A DNA stretch of 64,000 nucleotides, from contig CM060734.1 in NCBI GenBank assembly GCA_030704615.1, forward strand, positions 21,576,001 through 21,640,000, read 5' to 3'. Both the position numbers and the translations under genes were made by a program. Source of the DNA: Takakia lepidozioides (Eukaryota; Plantae; Bryophyta). Shown in pieces: positions 24,666 to 37,795 of the stretch. Positions within the stretch are counted from its first letter, which is position 1. The number at the start of each line of letters is the position of its first letter. The notes under the pieces were generated by a model. It worked only from the letters and a program-made list of their open reading frames with translations. It did no database searches and had not been told where the DNA came from.

Positions 24666-27600
24666 GATGTTGTGTGTAGGTTATTTTCATATCAAAATAC
24701 AAGCACAACTGGGGTTCACATCACCAATGAAGCACAAAGTGGGTCTCAAACATTGTACCTTTTTTTTTGCTGCTCCAGAAGACTCCCCAATCACCGGGGA
24801 CCCTTTGCGCTTCGGACTGCTCTCTACACCGAGCATGTTCTGGAGCATCTCCCCCATCCTCTTTTCCACTATCTGGTTCTTCGTGAGGCCAGCATCAACA
24901 TCATCTTCGGCGTCCGTCTCTCCCTCGGATGCAGTCTCATCCTCACCTGTTCTTGGAAGTATGGCGGGCTGCTGTTCTTCTCCAGATTCCTGCTCTTCCA
25001 TCGCAAGACTTTCCTCTTTGCCCTCTTTTTCCTCTTTTTTCTCTTCGTCTACTCTTTCCATCCTCATTCTATATCTGGCTCTATTCCTGTCCCTAGTGCT
25101 CGTGAAGTATAATGACTTCCTTCTCTTCCTCCTCCGGTGGAAACAAGGGCTCCCCACGCTACCTCTAGAGCTCTCCAGTTTGACGTTTGCAACAAGGGTT
25201 GCTATGGCATGTAACCAAAATAAAAATTGGACATTGTTAACCGTATTTGGATGCGGGTGTCATCATTGTGTGCGAACAGAATTCATCCATTTCGGCGTCT
25301 TTGTATTATCCAAGAAATAAAGTGGTAGAAAAAAAGTAGATCCGTTGCATGTACTTGTGATATATGTCAGATGTACTTCGCCGCCTGCCAATACATGGCA
25401 GCCTTCTTGCATTCTTTCAAATTCGCAAGTGCCGTAGAAATCTAATGCTAGTTCAATTTCGAGCAATACTTGCAGATTCGCAATAATTGTTATGCTTCAC
25501 ATATGCATCCACGTGTGTTGTACTGCCTACCCTACAGTTTGCATTTCGCCGTCACCGTCGCAATGGGGTCATTAGGTATAAAGGGTTGTGTCGGCAATGG
25601 TCATGTGTTGCACACATTCGTGCGAGGTGTCTCCCGGAGTGTCAGTGTTTGTGCTGTGCTCTTCTGTTACAACACAACCTCATTAGATTCGGGGTCTTCC
25701 TGTTTACTGCTCTCCAGGGTTGTTGCCATCTTTCCATAATGGATGGTTTCATGTCATGTTCAGGGTTTGTTTTTCATCCAAATACAGCACGGCTTCTTGT
25801 GGCTTCTTGTCTTAGAAAACAGTTTTTTCTGGTTGGTGTCTTTCAGTGTGGCTGTCTGCGAAGTTCGGTGCATGTCATTCCTACATCTTTTGCATGCATC
25901 GCCCGTAGTCTTTGGGTCAGTGCTACCCTTATTGACCTCAGTTTGTTTGGGGTGGATCCCCTTTCGAGAATTACGGGCTATCGGTTTGCGGATTCCGTTG
26001 TGAATCGCAACTCTCGGTCAGTGTAGGAAAACATGTCCAGGGAGCGAGATAGATTTGCTCGATTTCATTCCAATGCAGGTAGTCTTCCACTGACTGCCAC
26101 TCCAGATGACGATGGGTTTGCAGTTGTTCATGAGGATGAGTTGGTTACAGTGTTCCCGCTAAAATTGGGTTCTCTGCTTGTTCAAAAAGAGGTGTATGAC
26201 GAGGATGAGAATTTGGATTCTGGACATTTGGAGAAACCATTGGTTGGCGAGTGTGGAAGGAAGTGGAGAGTCATTCCAGGCACATACCGGGTCCTTGGAA
26301 AAGAGAGAAGACAATCAACATGATTAGTAGTTACCCCTGGCACTGCAGCATCGGTCGTGCAGCAGAAGGGCACAGTTCATGTGAAACAGGATGTGAGCAC
26401 ATCCACTACATTCGTGACTCTTTCAAACTCGTCTTCGGAGGATGTTTCTGAGATTCCTCCGCCAGTGCAGACTCCATTCTTGGATGATGACGAATTGCAG
26501 GAGATAACGAGTGTCATTCCAAAATTGAAAGCCCTCGCAGGGGTGCCTGGGTGCAAGAGCGAGCTGCGTTTTGTTGATTGGGAGTCCCTTCGTGTGTAGC
26601 GGGCTCAATACGTGCCAGCAGAGTTTGATGGGGACATCTTGTTTGAGCTCAACCCTCCCACGTCTTCAAGTGGACTAGCTGGGCTTCTGCAGGGCATGGA
26701 CAAGAAACATGATGGACACCCTTGGTGCAGGACAAAAACGTCGAACATCCACAACGACATTGGATTGAAATTTCGAAGGTTTGCATTGGGCATTGCAAGT
26801 GCGTGAATATTTCTTGCCCTCGCCTGAGAAACAGTGCTAAACCAAACGAAAGTGAGTGGGAAGGTGTGCCCCTAAATCCTTTCACCCCAGGGCTTGCCCC
26901 TCCCAAGACCAATATTTTTGTGTGCAGGTTCTGCAAACTTTCCTCATCCTGTGTTTCTGTGTGCCACGCTCGTATGTACTAGGTGGCACATCGATGCAAG
27001 ACAATGACTCGTGCCTGCATTAATATGGGTACACACGAGTATCATGTGTCCAAAGAAAGTTGTAGGGATAGCGTGGACATCGCTAGAAATCTGCTGAAGC
27101 AGGAGTTCCACAATGCCCCTTGTGCAACACCTTATGCTATAGCGCTTGCAGCTAGCAAGACATTCCTGAAAAAACACATACTGGGTAAAGGGGATGCAAC
27201 ACAACCAATGCTGGATGCAGATTCGCTTGATGCAGTGATGGACCATTTCTCCGTGTTGAGCTCTCCCAATATTCGAAACCAGGAGAATGCACTCAGAATG
27301 GGCACATGCACTGCTGGATTCATGGACAACATTATGGACCTCAAACAGAGGAGTCGCTATGAATTCATTCAAAATAGTATCTTCCCTGGCCAGGGCTCGT
27401 CCAAGGTGTATTTGTTCAATATGTCCACAGTGGGCGAAGGCAGTGGTATGAGCATTGTCCGCCGAATGCAACCTGGAGGAGATTTGGCAAAATGTTGGTT
27501 AATGTTTGATCACTGCAAATGGGTGAAGGGCTGGACAACCATGGCGTGCCATGTGTACGATCCAACGTACCAACGTGTGCTTTCCATAGTAATTTGTGAT

Positions 27601-30214
27601 ATGCAGTCGGAGGACACTGAATCCCAGATGCTCATGTGGAATTCGCTTCTGGCCGTCATGCAGCACAATGGAATACAAAACACAATTTTTGCGGGCTTCA
27701 TGGCTGATAGTGCACAGGAAAATTTTAATGCAGTGCGGTGCATGTTTGGTTCGGGGGATCCTAAGGTCCCAATGGAAAATAAGGAGCGCACATGACTCTT
27801 CCATTGGAGTCAATCTCTGGCACGTCATACAAAGCGCTGCATTTGCCCTAACCTTTAGTTGGAGCACAGAAGGCTCTGCCTCAAGTACAAAAATGCCACC
27901 TCAATGGGAGAAGCTGAGAGCACTTACCAAGCAATCCGGGCTTGGTGGTTCTCCTCTGGTGCTGCTACTAGTATCCACGTGAAGGAGTTGGAGGACTGGT
28001 TGGTTTTCTGGCACTTCAGGTACAGACAGTGGGGAGCTTTCATGACGACGATAAGCCTCTTCAATCCCAGAAACACAAATTTCACTTTGCATCGTGCCTG
28101 TTCATTTGGGGTTGTTGGATTGTCACTTGCAGAACCTCTTCCATTTCCTTTCGTTCCTCACATTTCCATGCAATGCCTCCTACAGGACATGTCCTTAGAG
28201 GACTTGGCCGACATGTCATCCTGTAATTTGGCGGAGACTGTTCACAACGCCTGGATGCAGCAGTCTACCAAAGCAGGACGTGACTTGTATGTGGCCACTG
28301 CTGATGACATGGTGCGGGCACTTACACAACAAACCAGGTACCGCAATTTTCTGATGGGACGGGGTGGAGGCAAGGGCCCTGATACGAATTTGTTGATGCT
28401 AAGGGCTGTGAGTAGGTCTGGAGACCCATCGAAGATGACCAGAGCTCTGAACAGGTGCACTGAAGGCTCCCCTTTGCAATCCAGGCTCCCCCATTTGGAA
28501 GGCGAGAAAAGATTTGGATCATGCAAAAGGAAATTGAACACTGCTCCAGGGTCGGATGGAGATTCCCATCGGCCGGACAGGGTCATTTTCTCTGTACCAA
28601 AGGTGTCTCCAGTGCAGACTAAGTCGTGTGCCCGTCCCTTCCCAGGTGGGTCCTCCTCCAGTGGAGTAGGTGCAGATCATGCAAGCACAGCAGCAGGAAT
28701 CCCATTGGAGGAGGTGGTGGCCATGGTGCATGAATCTGATTGCATTGATAGTGAGTGGCATATAGAACGCATCCCACCAGGATCTAGAGTGGCTTGCATG
28801 GCAATTCGGACCCCCTCTTTCAAGAAATGCAAATCAAAAATATGCAAAGGCTTCAGGGGGACTCCAGCTCCAACATTCACAGGGTTGTTCCGACCTTATC
28901 ATAGTGGGGAGTCAAAGGACCACAAGTTCTGGTTCTGCCCAGACGATATGGCACGATGCGTCAAGGGAACAGTTCATCCTTCGGTGATAATGAAGCCCCC
29001 TCCCCCCGCAATTTGGCCTGTGAAACTTGGGACGTCGTTGTCATCAACCGAGATAAGCATGTTGGAGGAGGGAGGGTTCTGTCTTGCACGGTCCCGGGTG
29101 GTGCCCTCATGCACTGTCGGCACAGATGTGCCACATGCTCCGGCAATGCCTCCACCCGGTGCCGACTCCCACCCAACAAAAAGAGATGGAAAAATAGTAC
29201 GTCGTGTCGCTTCGGGTGCAGATCACGAATGCAAGATGGAATAGGCTAGAATTTTGCAGGCTCGGGTGACTCGTATCACCGAAGGCCCTGCCCCGGGGTA
29301 TGGACGGATTTACACAGTGATGTCTATTGGCTGAGTTCTTCATGGCAAAGAATATCAGGTTACCGTGGGGAATTTCCCTACGTGCACTTGTCCGGATTTT
29401 GTAACGATGTGTCAAGTTATTTTACCACTAGTGTGAAGTTAGCTAGGAAATAGCTAGCTTTTATATATTGACATTTGGGATTGACCCAAGTGTCAATCCA
29501 GGGGCCAAATACATGTTTGGGCACCTGGCGTTGTTATCTTCACGGCAGATCGCGGTGGGCTCATCTTTCTCGAGTTGAGCCTCACTGCGCCTAGCTATGG
29601 TGCCGTAGTGTGGATTCCCCATGGCGTGGGGTGCACTTGGCTTGACTTGTATTTGAGTGATGAGGTTATATATGCATGAGTTTATGCTTCAGATTTGTGA
29701 GCTCGTGCTTGTATTTTTATTTATTTTTATCACTCGAGAAAGATGAGCTCGTATCTGTGAGTGCCAGATACGAGTTAGTTGTAGCACTTGTGGTTTTTGC
29801 TTGAGAATGAGAGAAACCAGGTTGTTATGCAAGGAGCACCGTGGAGCTCTTGGTTGTTAGAAGCGGAGGCGATGTGGGTTACGAGGTGGTAGACCTTGGC
29901 ATTCGATCTTCAGCTTCAGAGATGAAAGCACCATACTGCAGGATTGCAAGACCAAGCGAAAGGGCTGATTTGGCTTGGGGCAAATCAGTGCACTTTGTGG
30001 AGTATGTTGAGATTGGGTTTTAATCTCAAGCTTCAGCATTGAGAGCGCTCTTGTCATGGCAAGAGCAGGGCTGGAACAGGAGCTAAGAGGTGCGGCAAGG
30101 CCATTGAATGTGCACCTAGGGTTTCAGAACTTGGAAGAAGAGCTCTTGCACCACAAGAGAAGTGTCTTGTGGCTGGAAATGTAAGCCTTAGGGTTTCAAG
30201 AGCTTGGCAAAGGG

Positions 30215-30800
30215 TGTGGCGGGCTGTGACAGGCTGTGCCATGTGGCCTGTGGGGCTGTGAGGGGCTGTGAGGGGCTGTGGCAGGTTGTGACAGGCTGTG
30301 GCCTGTGGCCTGTGGGGCTGTGACGGGCTATGAGGGGTTGTGACAGGCTGTGCCCTGTGGCCTGTGGGCTGTGACGGGCTGTGAGGGGCTGTGACCCCTG
30401 TTACCTGTGTAGGGCTATGACAGGCTGTGCCATGTGGCCTGTGGGGCTGTGACAGGATGTGGCGGGCTGGGATAGGCTGTGCCCTGTGGCCAGTGGGGCT
30501 GTGACGGGCTGTGAGGGGCTGTGACAGGCTGTGGCATTTGGGGCTGTGACCTTTGTAGGGCTGTGACATGGTGTGCCTGTGGCCTTTGGGGTTGTGATGG
30601 GCTGTGACAGGCTGTGACCTGTGGCCGTGGGGGCTGTGACGGGCTGTGACAGGTTGCGGCCTGTGGGGCTGTGACCCTCTAACCTGTGTAGGGTTGTGAT
30701 AGGTTGTGGCCTGTGTGGGGCTGTGACGGCTGTGACCAGTGAGCTGTGTGGGCCTGTGCTGGTCTGTGGTGGCCTGTGTTGACCTGTGGACGGCCTGTGC
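30215..30800. repeat. GC-rich minisatellite built from gggctgtgac/aggctgtg/gcctgtg motifs
   Basis: Directly visible degenerate ~10-bp repeats. Confidence 0.9.
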
Positions 30801-31473
30801 TGACTCGTGGAGGCATTGGTGGACTGCCTAAGGACTGGCATGTGGTCTTGAAGGCCGAATTTTGAAGCTCGTGGAGGGCGGTTTGAGGAGTATCTTCATG
30901 ATATTCCCATGGTCATGCAAGTGAGGGAAGAGAGGAGATGAAGAGTGTTGGGATGAGGGCATGCTGGGGTTAGGCATTGCTTTAGCTTCTCTTCCTCGTA
31001 GTTTCCACCCTCTCATTAGGCCAAGACCTTTCCGTAGGTGGAGGCAAGAGTCAGTCCGGGTTTGGGCTGGGGTGTCCTTGCAGGAGCAACACCGTGGAGG
31101 TGTTTTTGGTGTGGGGGAGTTGTCGTTCTAATTTCTTGTGTTTGGATCCCCTCCATACCTGCATGCTTGACTGTGCGCCATGCTAGTTTTGTGTGGGCGC
31201 TTGTTTTTATAGGTGATTGGTCCGGATTTGATCACCGGCCAGTCCTAGAGCATGCTGTCGATGGTGAGGCTGGGATGATGACCAGCCAGACCATCATTGT
31301 TTCTCCTGTGGTGAGGTTGGAGGTGATGACTAGCCAACCATAGGAGTGCTTGCGGTGGATGCAGGTACAGGTGTAGGCTATGTTAGGAACTTAGTATTCC
31401 AAACCATAAGCCGCAATAGGTTCTCTACCCGGTTACCTTGTGGAGAGGGAGTTAGGGACATGTTCATGACCGG

Positions 31474-32790
31474 TTGAGTGTCAACACGGAGGTGCCACTA
31501 GTTGCTGGGGACAGTGCCGGTTTGAGCACTAGTGATACTAGTTGGTACACGAGACGAGGTGTGTGGTTTAGGCCACCTTCACCTCCTGTGTCTTCTACGG
31601 AAGTTTCTGATTCGGATTGTGAATCGGAAGGACTCATACCGGCTGTGCAAGTTGTTTCCTTGCCATTGTTGTGGGACACAATGGAGGAGATATATGGAGC
31701 TACCAAGGGGCCACGAAGGTACTCTGGGGCGGTGGGCACCATCGAGTTGGATGATTTTATCCAAGAGTTTGATAGTTGGTGTGATTTGCAGCAAATGCGC
31801 AATCCACAACTATTTACCCCTTTCATGGCATGGAAGGGGCTGTTTCAGCACCTTGAGGGGCCGCCTATGGATGATTACCATGAGTTCAGGCGGGGGCATG
31901 AGGTTGAGATCGAGGAGTGAAGGATGTATTGGTCACCCGACTATGTCTCCATCACTAGGGGCACTAGAGTCACGAGGGCAGTGGCTACACCTGCCGCTGC
32001 ACCGGCAGCTTCAGCAAGCAACAGAGGGACTAGTAGGACTGGTGGTACCGTAGCTACGACGTCCACCCAAGCCACTACCGCACCAGCACCAGTACCCGTG
32101 CCTGCCTTCAACCCTATTGTGGAATTCTTCGAAGAGTTGAGAGGGAACTACCAAGGGGTGAGGACAGAGAAGTTGCGGAGCTTGCAAGAGTTCCAACGGA
32201 AGCTTACTTAGAGCTTGAGGGAGGCTTTCACTCGTATGAGGTGCTTGATAAATGTAACCCAAGGGGTTACGGAAGCTCAGGCAGTCCAATTCTGGTATGG
32301 GATATTGGACAAGGAGCTGAGGAGAAGGGTGTGGGATGCAACTCTCCTACAAGCGGCCCAACCCACCTTAGCAAATGTGTTTTTGCTGGCAGAGCGGATA
32401 GAGCTCAACATGGTGGAGGAACGAGTGGTCATGGTGGGAGTTGCTAAGGAGTCACCACGGGGTAGTGGTGCTCCTAGCCAACCACTACCTCAACGTGCTC
32501 AAGGCAACAAGGGGGCTCAGGTGAAGCTCAGGGAAGGGCAGAGAGGACCTCAGATGCATGGGTCTCTCCCTTCATTTGTAGGCCAACAACGGGCGGATGT
32601 GGTGTATTGGTCATGTAGAGGACCCCATGTCAAGAAGGATTGTCCAGAGGGAGGCAAAGGGTCGGCACATGCACAGCCTGCACAGTTGCAGTGTGGGCAT
32701 TGTGGCAAGCACGGGCATGGAGAGGCCCAGTGTTATGGTTTGCATCCCGAGTTGCGCCCAGGCCAGTTCCAAGGGAACAATGGTGGCCGG
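31474..32790 (+). pseudogene. gag: gag pseudogene, paralog of the 10984 gag, truncated after the second knuckle
   Basis: GTIELDDFIQEFDSWCDLQQMRNPQLFTPFMAWKGLF identical to the 10984 ORF; stops at 31918 and 32209; CGHCGKHGHGEAQC. Confidence 0.85.
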
Positions 32791-33776
32791 TTAGTCTATA
32801 TGAGTCAAATGACAAATGATTTTGCCACTTCAAATCCATACCTATGATGTGGACCAAAATGGCCACCGTAAGTCCAAATTTCAATGGAATTCACCAATGG
32901 CACATAGGAGAACTTGAGTCCATTGTAATTCCATACACTGCGGTAATAGTCCACAATGACGGTGTTCAAAAGTCCATAACAGAGTCATTTCTTATCGGAT
33001 TCATGATTGGAGAGTTGCTATGGGTGCGTATTGAAGCTAGAAATCCAATGACATATATATTTGCTAGTTTTAATGAGTTAATTCAAATTCAATTTATGAC
33101 ACCATCAATTGCAGTAATCTAAAACTGTGCCGGTGTGGTTTGGACAGCGATGTAATTGTGTAGCGATATGTATGCGCACGACAGATGCATGAGGGCGCTC
33201 TCGGCATGAGAGGGAAGTGGGTCCCCTGCAAGCATCAATATTACATATACCTTGTAATTATGTGCTGCGACGGTAAGAGAGACCAATTCATTCACCAAGC
33301 CACACTAGGCTACGAAGAAGTCATCACCCTTCTGCAACGGGACACCTCACGTAGGGCTCCGCCAAATTCTCTTTGAACACATACGAGCCATGTCCGCTTC
33401 CCATGCTGGTTTCCAGGTTACCCTGTGAAGACTTTGCATTTAGGACAAACACATACATTTCGTTCACGGAACCAAGGCAAATGCACATGCCATTCATTGT
33501 AGGCGTCTCTCTGTGAATTGAAATAAAGTGTGTCAATCATTCTGAGCTCAAATCTGCCATATTTTCATATTCCTCTTTTTGTGCAGGCATTGCAGACATG
33601 GTGCATGGTGGCCCCCTTTGTTTTGTCCACGGTAATAGGCCCTCTTCCTGCAATCCTCGCCTATAGGACCTGTTTCTCCAACAGATTTGTGCCGCTCACG
33701 CTTTGCAGCTACAACGTGAGCTCAACTCCCAGGCTCACGGGGCTGGGCTCACGCCGTAGCTACGCTGTCAAGCAAT

Positions 33777-34220
33777 CAATCAGATTGCTCATATGACAGA
33801 GAACACAGACCTGAACAGCAAGGTGACAAGTTATAATGTGAAGCCTGAAGGGCGAGAAACAGTTATGGACTTTGATGATTCTATGCCAGTAATCCAATTG
33901 AGAATTGGAAGCACAGACTTGATTGATGTACTGATAGATGGAGGCTCGGGAGTGAATATTATGACAGACCAGTTAAGGCAGAAGCTTGGTCTAAGTAACA
34001 TGAAACCAACCCCATTCATAGTAAGAATGGCAGATCAAAGGAGTGTACAGCCATTAGGCTTGATAAGAGGAGTTAAGATACAGATTCACATATGATCTTT
34101 AAGATCACAGTGACTGTGTTGAAAATGGATGATGTCATGGAAGCTTACTCCTTATTGCTGGGTCGACCATGGCTGAAACAGGCCAGGGTATTCCATGACT
34201 GGAATTCCAAGTTACTGACT
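33777..34220 (+). pseudogene. Aspartic protease of the host gypsy element
   Basis: VLIDGGSGVNI and LLLGRPWL motifs; followed by an A/T-rich insertion at ~34220-34560. Confidence 0.85.
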
Positions 34221-34599
34221 GCAAATCCTGCTCCATGAAAGTCCATGACCAAAAAACAAAAAATTGATGATACTATCCAAAATATTTTTTCAGTGATAGA
34301 TAATGGTATACTGAACATATTTAGTAAAGAGTTCTACCCCAAATATTAAAGATATAATTAATAAAATATTTTAGTCTATTATTTAGAGAAATTATGAAAA
34401 ACTAAAAATTAGAGTTTACAAAAAAAATTCAATATGCCACCTAGCCATTGAAGATTATAGGTTTTTATACTTCTAGAAAAAAAAAAAAAAACACCCAAAA
34501 TCCAAAAAACAAGATGAGCGATGGACTTTTAAAAAAACGCCTATTTGTTTTTAACATTTCTATGAAGAAAGAGAGGGAGAAATAGAAATCCTAGAAGAA

Positions 34600-37560
34600 C
34601 CAGCCACCGTGAGTTTACAGGATGAAGTAGTGGCTGGATGGACAATCACAGCTGAAGAGCAGGTGAGAGAAGTGAATGTGTAAGGAGGAACCAAGAATGG
34701 TGAAAGTGGGGGCTGACTTGGAGCCAGAATTCTTTGAGGAAGTTAAGAGCCTGTTCATCAAATACAAAGATGTATTTGCTTGGAGCTATGAGGATCTGAA
34801 AGGGATACCACCTGAGATTTGTCAGCATAAGATTGAACTGGAACCTGGGTCAGTACCAATTAAACAGGCAAGGTACAAGATGAATCCTAACTATGCACAG
34901 AAGGTTGGGGAAGAGATCAAGAAGCTGGCTGAGGCTAAGTTCATATACCCGATAGAGTATACAACTTGGCTATCACCCATTGTGATAGTTCCCAAGAAGA
35001 ATGGCAAACTGAGAGTTTGTGTGAACTATAAGAAATTGAATGCTTGTACAAAGAAGATCCATTTCCTAAAAGAGGCTAAGTTTCCAATGCTTGTACATTC
35101 AAGAACACCGTCTGGTCATGAAAACAGGTCTGCCCTACATTGTAGCATGTCTTTGCCATTTACAGAAGGTGTACTGGACATTGTGGCAGGCCATGAGATG
35201 TACTAATTCATGGATGGCTTCAGTGGGTATAACCAAGTGCAAGTGGTGGAAGAAGACTAGGGAAAGACAACTTTCATCACAGACTGGGGTGCTTATGTAT
35301 ACAAAGTCATGCCTTTTGGACTTTGTAATGCACCAGCAACTTTCCAGAGGGTGATAAGTGAATCTTTCCATGAGTATTTGGATGATTTCATGCAAGTGTT
35401 CTTAGATGACTTCAGTGTATACAGCTCTAAGAATGAGCACCTGCAGAAGTTGGAATTATGCTTGGCTAGATGCAGGATGAGAGGTCTTGGTCTGAATCCA
35501 GAAAAATGTATTATCTGCGTGAACTCAAGGGTACTACTGGGACATATTGTGTGTAAGAAGGGACTGCTTGTGGATCCTAGAAAGACAGAGGCTATTAAAG
35601 CCTCACCACCACTAAGTAACGTTAAAGGTCTAAGGAGGTTCCTTGGACAAACTACTTATTATAGAAGGTTTGTCAGACGATATGCACAGATGGCAGCCCC
35701 ATTGAGCAAGCTTTTGAAAAAGGATGCAGTGTTTGCGTGGACAGCTGAATGTCAACAGGCATTTGAGGCACTTACATTGTCAGTATCAACTACACCTGCG
35801 CTGATTAACCCGCATTGGCATGTAGTATTTCATGTACATTATGATGCCTCAGGAGAAGCATTGGGAGCTGTGTTAGCCCAAAATGTCACAGGAAACATAG
35901 ATTCACCTGTGTACTATGCTAGCAGATTGTTGAACATTGCTGAGAGGAACTATAGCACAACTGAAAGAGAAGCTTTGGCAATGATTTATGCAGTCAAGAA
36001 ATTCAGGCATTACCTATTGGGAAGGAAGTTTATGTTTTATGTGGATCATCAGGCTTTGATTTATTTGGTGAACAAGCCTTTGATAAGTGATAGGATAGCA
36101 AGATGGATGATAATCTTGCACGAGTTTGAATTCGAAGTTGTTTACAAGCCTGGCCGTTTGCATCTTGTGGCAGATCACTTGTCACGGCTATCAACAGGAG
36201 AGGCCGCCACGGGAGTAGACGACCAACTACCTGACGCGAGTTTATTTGCAGTGGAAGTGCGGGGAAGTGCAGATGATTGGTTAGATTGGCAGTGGCCAAT
36301 CATATATTACCTTACTCATGGTCAGTGCCCACCCAGTTATGGGAAGTAGCAAAGGAAAAGAATAGCTATCAAGGTTTTACCATATACTATGATAGGGGGA
36401 AGATTATATAAGCTGGGACCTGATGGAGTTCTTAAACGATGCTTGTACCACCATGAAGTAAATAAAGTTTTGGAAGAAGTTCATAAAGGAGTGGTTGGAG
36501 GTCATTTTGGAGAAGAGACTACCAGTAGATAAATACTACTTGCATGTTACTGGTGGCCTACTTTGTTCAAGGATGTACACAAGTATTGCAAGAGTTGTGA
36601 TGAGTGCCAGGGTTTAGGACCTTTGCAAAGATCTGGGAAGATGGCTTTGCATCCTACGATGCCTACTGAACCATTTCATAAATGGGGACTAGACTTTGTT
36701 GGACCAATTAATCCACCAGTCAGAAATACACAGAACAAGTATATAATCACAGCCACTGATTATACTACAAAGTGGGTGGAAGCTAAGGCTCTGAGGGACA
36801 ACACAGCTAAGTCCACAGCAAGGTTCATGTATGAGAACATATTCACAAGATTTGGCTGTCCCCTGCAATTTATCAGTGATCAGGGAAGTCACTTCATTAA
36901 TGAGACCATAGAACTATTGACTAAAGAGTTCATGATTGTGCACAAGAAGAGTACAACCTACTACCCACAGGGCAATAGGCAGGCAGAGGCCACCAACAAA
37001 ATACTATGCATTATCTTGGCTAAGATAGTCAATGCAAATAGAACGGATTGGGATACAAAGCTGCTGACAACTTTGTGGTCATACAGGACTTCATATAAAG
37101 TCACAACCAAGTATACACCATTCCAATTAGTTTATGGTATGGAAGAATTACTACCAGTAGAATTCTTATTACCTACTATGAGAACGAAATGGGGAAGGAA
37201 AATGGAATTGGAGGATTCAATTAAAGTCAGGAAACATGAATTATATCATGTGGAAGAAGTACGTGCTGATGCAGCAGATAACATGACCAGAATTCAGATG
37301 AAGAGGAAGGATTGGTTTGATGAAGGTAAATTGAAGACTTTTAAGACGGGTGATTTGGTACTGTGGTTGCAGAAGAAGGGAAAGATTAAAGCTTCTAAGC
37401 TTAAGTCACCATGGAAAGGACCTTATGTCATACAGAAGATGTATGATAACAACATAGTCATGTTACAAACCATTAACAAAGAGATGCTTGGTAGAGTCAA
37501 TGCCAATAAGTTAAAGGGATACAGTGGTATCCATAATAAACCATTGCAGCATGATTTGCA
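34600..37560 (+). pseudogene. pol: Gypsy pol: RT, RNase H and integrase with GPY/F motif; stops and a ~85-bp insertion at ~35067-35150
   Basis: WLSPIVIVPKKNGKLRVC, MDGFSGYNQ, MPFGLCNAPATFQR, VFLDDF, DASGEALGAVL, NYSTTEREALA, WGLDFVGP, SDQGSHF, SPWKGPY. Confidence 0.95.
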
Positions 37561-37669
37561 TCTTGAAACACAGATGCAGTCACAGCCTACATCGGTAACA
37601 CCAAGGGAGCATGAAGCACTTGTCGTTAAGCCGAATGTGTATGGCAATCGCAAAGAACACGGGTGTTCA

Positions 37670-37795
37670 CACAGCTATCACAACCCACCACAGTTTGACA
37701 CAACATATCACAGCCCACCACAGTTTGACACAGCATATCACAGCTCACCACAGTTTGACACAGCCTGTCACAGCCCAACACAGCCCACACAAGTT
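37670..37795. repeat. 30-bp tandem repeat (cacagcccaccacagtttgacacagcatat-like, ~4 copies) downstream of integrase
   Basis: Reads as the HSPPQFDT repeat in ORF 36563. Confidence 0.85.

Larger units (their letters stand above)
14794..25157 (-). pseudogene. Copy A cargo gene: ParB/Srx-like domain plus beta-class amino-DNA-methyltransferase-like domain, multi-exon, with frameshifts
   Basis: Exon-by-exon homology to 43503-49441: RRKSLYFTS, FHVWDGNHRLLAW (18471-18485 for DGNHR), LIILDILDG, RVLDLSMGTG/ASYHACKANARHLFGIEGD, LPVYAEA; intron 1 spans 18933-24758. Confidence 0.8.
29410..33183 (+). mobile_element. 3.8-kb gag-bearing element with TGTC...GACA termini and 4-bp TSD (GATG); no direct LTRs seen
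   Basis: gatg at 29406-29409 and 33184-33187; removal restores the transposase frame; gag is homologous to 10984-12300. Confidence 0.85.
26033..33376 (+). pseudogene. Copy A Mutator-like transposase (GCM-like zinc domain, DDE core, SWIM finger); several stops, interrupted in SWIM by the 29410-33183 insertion
   Basis: LMFDH, FMADSAQ, LFHW, CNLAETVHNAW; SWIM CTCPDFVTM|HEGALGMRGKWVPCKH is restored across the insertion; intron 28051-28185 has its donor mutated to AT. Confidence 0.88.
14075..33767 (+). mobile_element. MULE/Mutator-like DNA transposon copy A (decayed, carries two secondary insertions)
   Basis: 9-bp TSD tcaagcaat at 14066-14074 and 33768-33776; termini GGGGGGTACTATTC-CGTGAGCC and (rc) CAGCGTAGCTACGG-CGTGAGCC; encodes a DDE/SWIM transposase and a divergent cargo gene. 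Confidence 0.92.

Noticed and set aside
24382-25320. 312-aa plus-strand ORF
   Set aside because: Composite of array sequence and the antisense of cargo exon 1; the minus-strand frame is the one conserved with copy B
30054-30841. His/Pro/Thr-rich minus-strand ORFs
   Set aside because: Translation of the minisatellite
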